Source: Macrostomum lignano (taxonomy: Eukaryota). From it: 64,000 nucleotides of DNA. The notes beneath the pieces were generated by a model, which did not search any database, was not told the DNA's origin, and saw nothing but the letters and a program-made list of their open reading frames with translations. The stretch is taken from positions 1 to 64,000 of the forward strand of contig NIVC01000774.1 in NCBI GenBank assembly GCA_002269645.1, in the 5' to 3' direction. A program made the position numbers and the translations under genes. Of the stretch, positions 61,866 to 64,000 are shown piece after piece (position 1 is the stretch's first letter; each line of letters begins with the position of its first letter).

Positions 61866-62759
61866 GTTGTGCCCGGGTGCTTTTGCACCGATGAGCAATC
61901 TCTGGCTCCCGGTCAAGTTTGCCTGGCACTGCACTCCCACCCCTCCCGGCCGTGTGCCTGCGCCAACCCCCCATTCTGTTTGCGTCAACCCCCCTCCAGT
62001 TGCACCCACCCCACTGTCTGTTAGGTTAGCCGGTTTTGGCTGGCTGCGGCTCCAATGCGCCCCTCGCTCGCCCTGCGATTGGCTGGTGGTAGTGATACCC
62101 CAGGGCTTAACCAGCTAGCGTAAATATAAATATTTGCAGGAGCGGCGGTAGGGGAGGCATCTTTTTGGTTGAATTGTGCAAGACACAGCCATAAGTTCTA
62201 GTATTGTAATCAGACCCGAAGTTATACTCGGTTACTCAGAAGTTACCCAGCCAGAACTGAAGAGCGAAGTTGAGAGAAGCCTCCCCTACTGCCGTCGCCG
62301 CTGCTTCGGGAAGATAAAAGAGTGAGTCGCGCTTTTTCTCATTTGAGGGACTGGCGGGGATTAATTCGTGCAATAGGGACGGGCTGATCAAGTCTCTTGA
62401 TCCCTCGATCCCTCACTCAGAGTCCGAAGTCAGTCCGGCCAGTTGACTGACGCCATCTTCGGCTCGTTCACTGAGATAATCAGAGTCGCGATCCGGCCTG
62501 TAGCACAACAGTTATGACTGCTGCACAGTAGGTTATGATTGTAGCAAGGTAGGTTATAACTTGGCTATGAATTTGTCACTCGGCAGGGTGTCTGAAATGA
62601 GATTTCCCTTGCATAACTTAGAAGATTTCTGTCTACTGAAGTGCAGCTGTTTATTAGCAAAGCCAATAATTTCGTGTATTTGTTTTCACAAAAATACTTA
62701 ATAAAAACATTCGATTGTAAAGCAATAAAGATTTGTTCGGACGCCAACTCAACAGGGAT

Positions 62760-63488
62760 TTACAACTCCGCACTGTGCCTCTGCGGCATCCACCGCTGCT
62801 GCTGCTGCTGCTGCAGCTGGCACAGCTGCCGCCGCCGGCGTCTCCGTTGCCTTTGCAGGTGTCTTCGAGCATCGCTAGCGGACAGCATTGACGACCTTCG
62901 CTGTTGCGGCGGTGGCAGCTTCCGAGGCGGCTGCCCGCTGTTTTGCTCCGCTTCCTCGGCCGCCTCGACAGACGGCGACAGCGGCGGCGGCTCCCAGCAG
63001 GCGCAGCTGTTGATGCGACACCACAGAGCGGCGCCCCAGACTGAGCCGCCCACTGTGGCTGCCGCGCCCACCGCCAGAAGCCAGGCGCCTGCCAGGCCGA
63101 GCCGCGCCACCACTGTACTCGCCTGGCCTTCCCGCTGGCTCAGCAGAGCCGCCCTGTACAGGCAGCCAGTGCCAGCGACAAGCAGAGCCGCGCCAAGCAG
63201 AGCGCAGGTGGCGCATTTCAGGTACTGCCGGCGCTCTGCCCGGGGCCGACGCTCCCGCCCGGCTGAAGGGATCTCGCCGCAGGCTGCGTAATAAGATGAA
63301 GCGTAGAGGCTGCAGGTGGAGGATCGCCGGTCCAGGGCGGACGCGGAAGAAACTCGCCGGCTGAGAAGGCCGCCGCTGCCGCCACCGCCGCTTCCTGCTA
63401 AGAGGTTGTATGACGGCGCCAGCAAGCTCACATGCGGAGCGGAAAGGTGGTGAATTGAGTCGGAGGCTGGGGCTCGCACGGAGCGCAT
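62760..63488 (-). CDS. Uncharacterised 242-aa protein with two predicted TM helices
   Basis: GC-rich coding-like composition, two hydrophobic segments (CATCALLGAALLVAGTGCLY; LGLAGAWLLAVGAAATVGGSVWGAALWC), and an upstream acceptor TTCTCTCTCTACAG. No family was recognised. Confidence 0.6.
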   Translation of the reverse strand: MRSVRAPASDSIHHLSAPHVSLLAPSYNLLAGSGGGGSGGLLSRRVSSASALDRRSSTCSLYASSYYAACGEIPSAGRERRPRAERRQYLKCATCALLGAALLVAGTGCLYRAALLSQREGQASTVVARLGLAGAWLLAVGAAATVGGSVWGAALWCRINSCACWEPPPLSPSVEAAEEAEQNSGQPPRKLPPPQQRRSSMLSASDARRHLQRQRRRRRRQLCQLQQQQQQRWMPQRHSAEL

Positions 63489-63919
63489 GCTGATGCAGCT
63501 GATGCTGGCTGGAGGCTGGGAAAATTCTGTAGAGAGAGAAATTCACTGAGATTCGGTGCACAGCACTTATATAGCTACATGTAAATTGATCCAAGGCAGG
63601 AGTGTCGAGTCTCTCACAAAACTCTCATATAGTCAGATGAGCTTGATTGATCGGTCAGAGAATTTCGGCTGTATTGGCAACACGGCCCCATGCTTAGCTA
63701 ATGCCGAATGGGCCGCGATCTTCATCAAACACAGGCGGACAGTCCAGTTTATGTGTAAAATGACGCCAAGTTTGTAGGCCCTGCGCAAGCTCGTAAAGGC
63801 GCAGCTCAGAAAGCCGGAAAAGTCGTTAGGCTAAGAATTGACTCCGAAAGGGCGCCGCTCCTTTTTGTATTTAAAAATCAGTCAAAAAGGAAAGGTAGAT
63901 TTAAGGACTCCGATGGATC

Positions 63920-64000
63920 CAATGAGCGGAAAGGCAGATTCAATGAGCGGAGAGGCAGATTCAATGAACGGAAAGGCAGATTCAATGAGCGGAGAGGCAG
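63920..64000. repeat. 21-bp tandem repeat running off the window end
   Basis: CAATGAGCGGA(A/G)AGGCAGATT occurs about 4 times. Confidence 0.9.

Noticed and set aside
61203-62009. Long ORFs (VITYSAT / VGYDCSR / HNLLCYS repeats) resembling a repetitive surface protein
   Set aside because: These are translations of a 21-bp minisatellite open in several frames on both strands, with non-ATG starts.

Overview
Eukaryotic (metazoan) genomic DNA with spliceosomal GT-AG introns. The style resembles a free-living flatworm such as Macrostomum (GC-rich Ala/Gly-rich exons, introns and spacers filled with minisatellites, TTAGGG motif). The organism assignment is an inference. From left to right: an uninterpreted 1-6.8 kb region with a tRNA-derived SINE-like element; INCENP (-); an AT-rich, CpG-poor, transposon-derived domain (9.5-27 kb) holding a decayed PHD/FLYWCH-like ORF, a nearly intact RTEX-like LINE and MITE/Helentron-like relics; six co-oriented + strand genes (Shaker/Kv1 channel, SPCS2, NOSIP, PIGU, FAAH2-like amidase, ALKBH6) that look partly operon-like; then - strand genes (CCDC181-like, an Rdx/SelW-fold protein, a Rac-like GTPase, a Bari/BarH-type homeobox gene, an orphan 2-TM protein). 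The most notable observations are four. (1) PIGU has no usable ATG, but an in-frame acceptor lies downstream of the putative NOSIP poly(A) signal, so a flatworm spliced-leader AUG could supply its start codon. (2) The INCENP intron is a tandem array of 36-nt intron-like units, each followed by a 5-nt exon-like unit. (3) LINE ORF1 and ORF2 are in frame, separated by a single TGA, and the ATG-less ORF2 leader encodes a 4E-BP-like eIF4E-binding motif. (4) The Kv1 channel lacks its first S4 arginine. All coordinates and alignments were done by eye; no searches were run.
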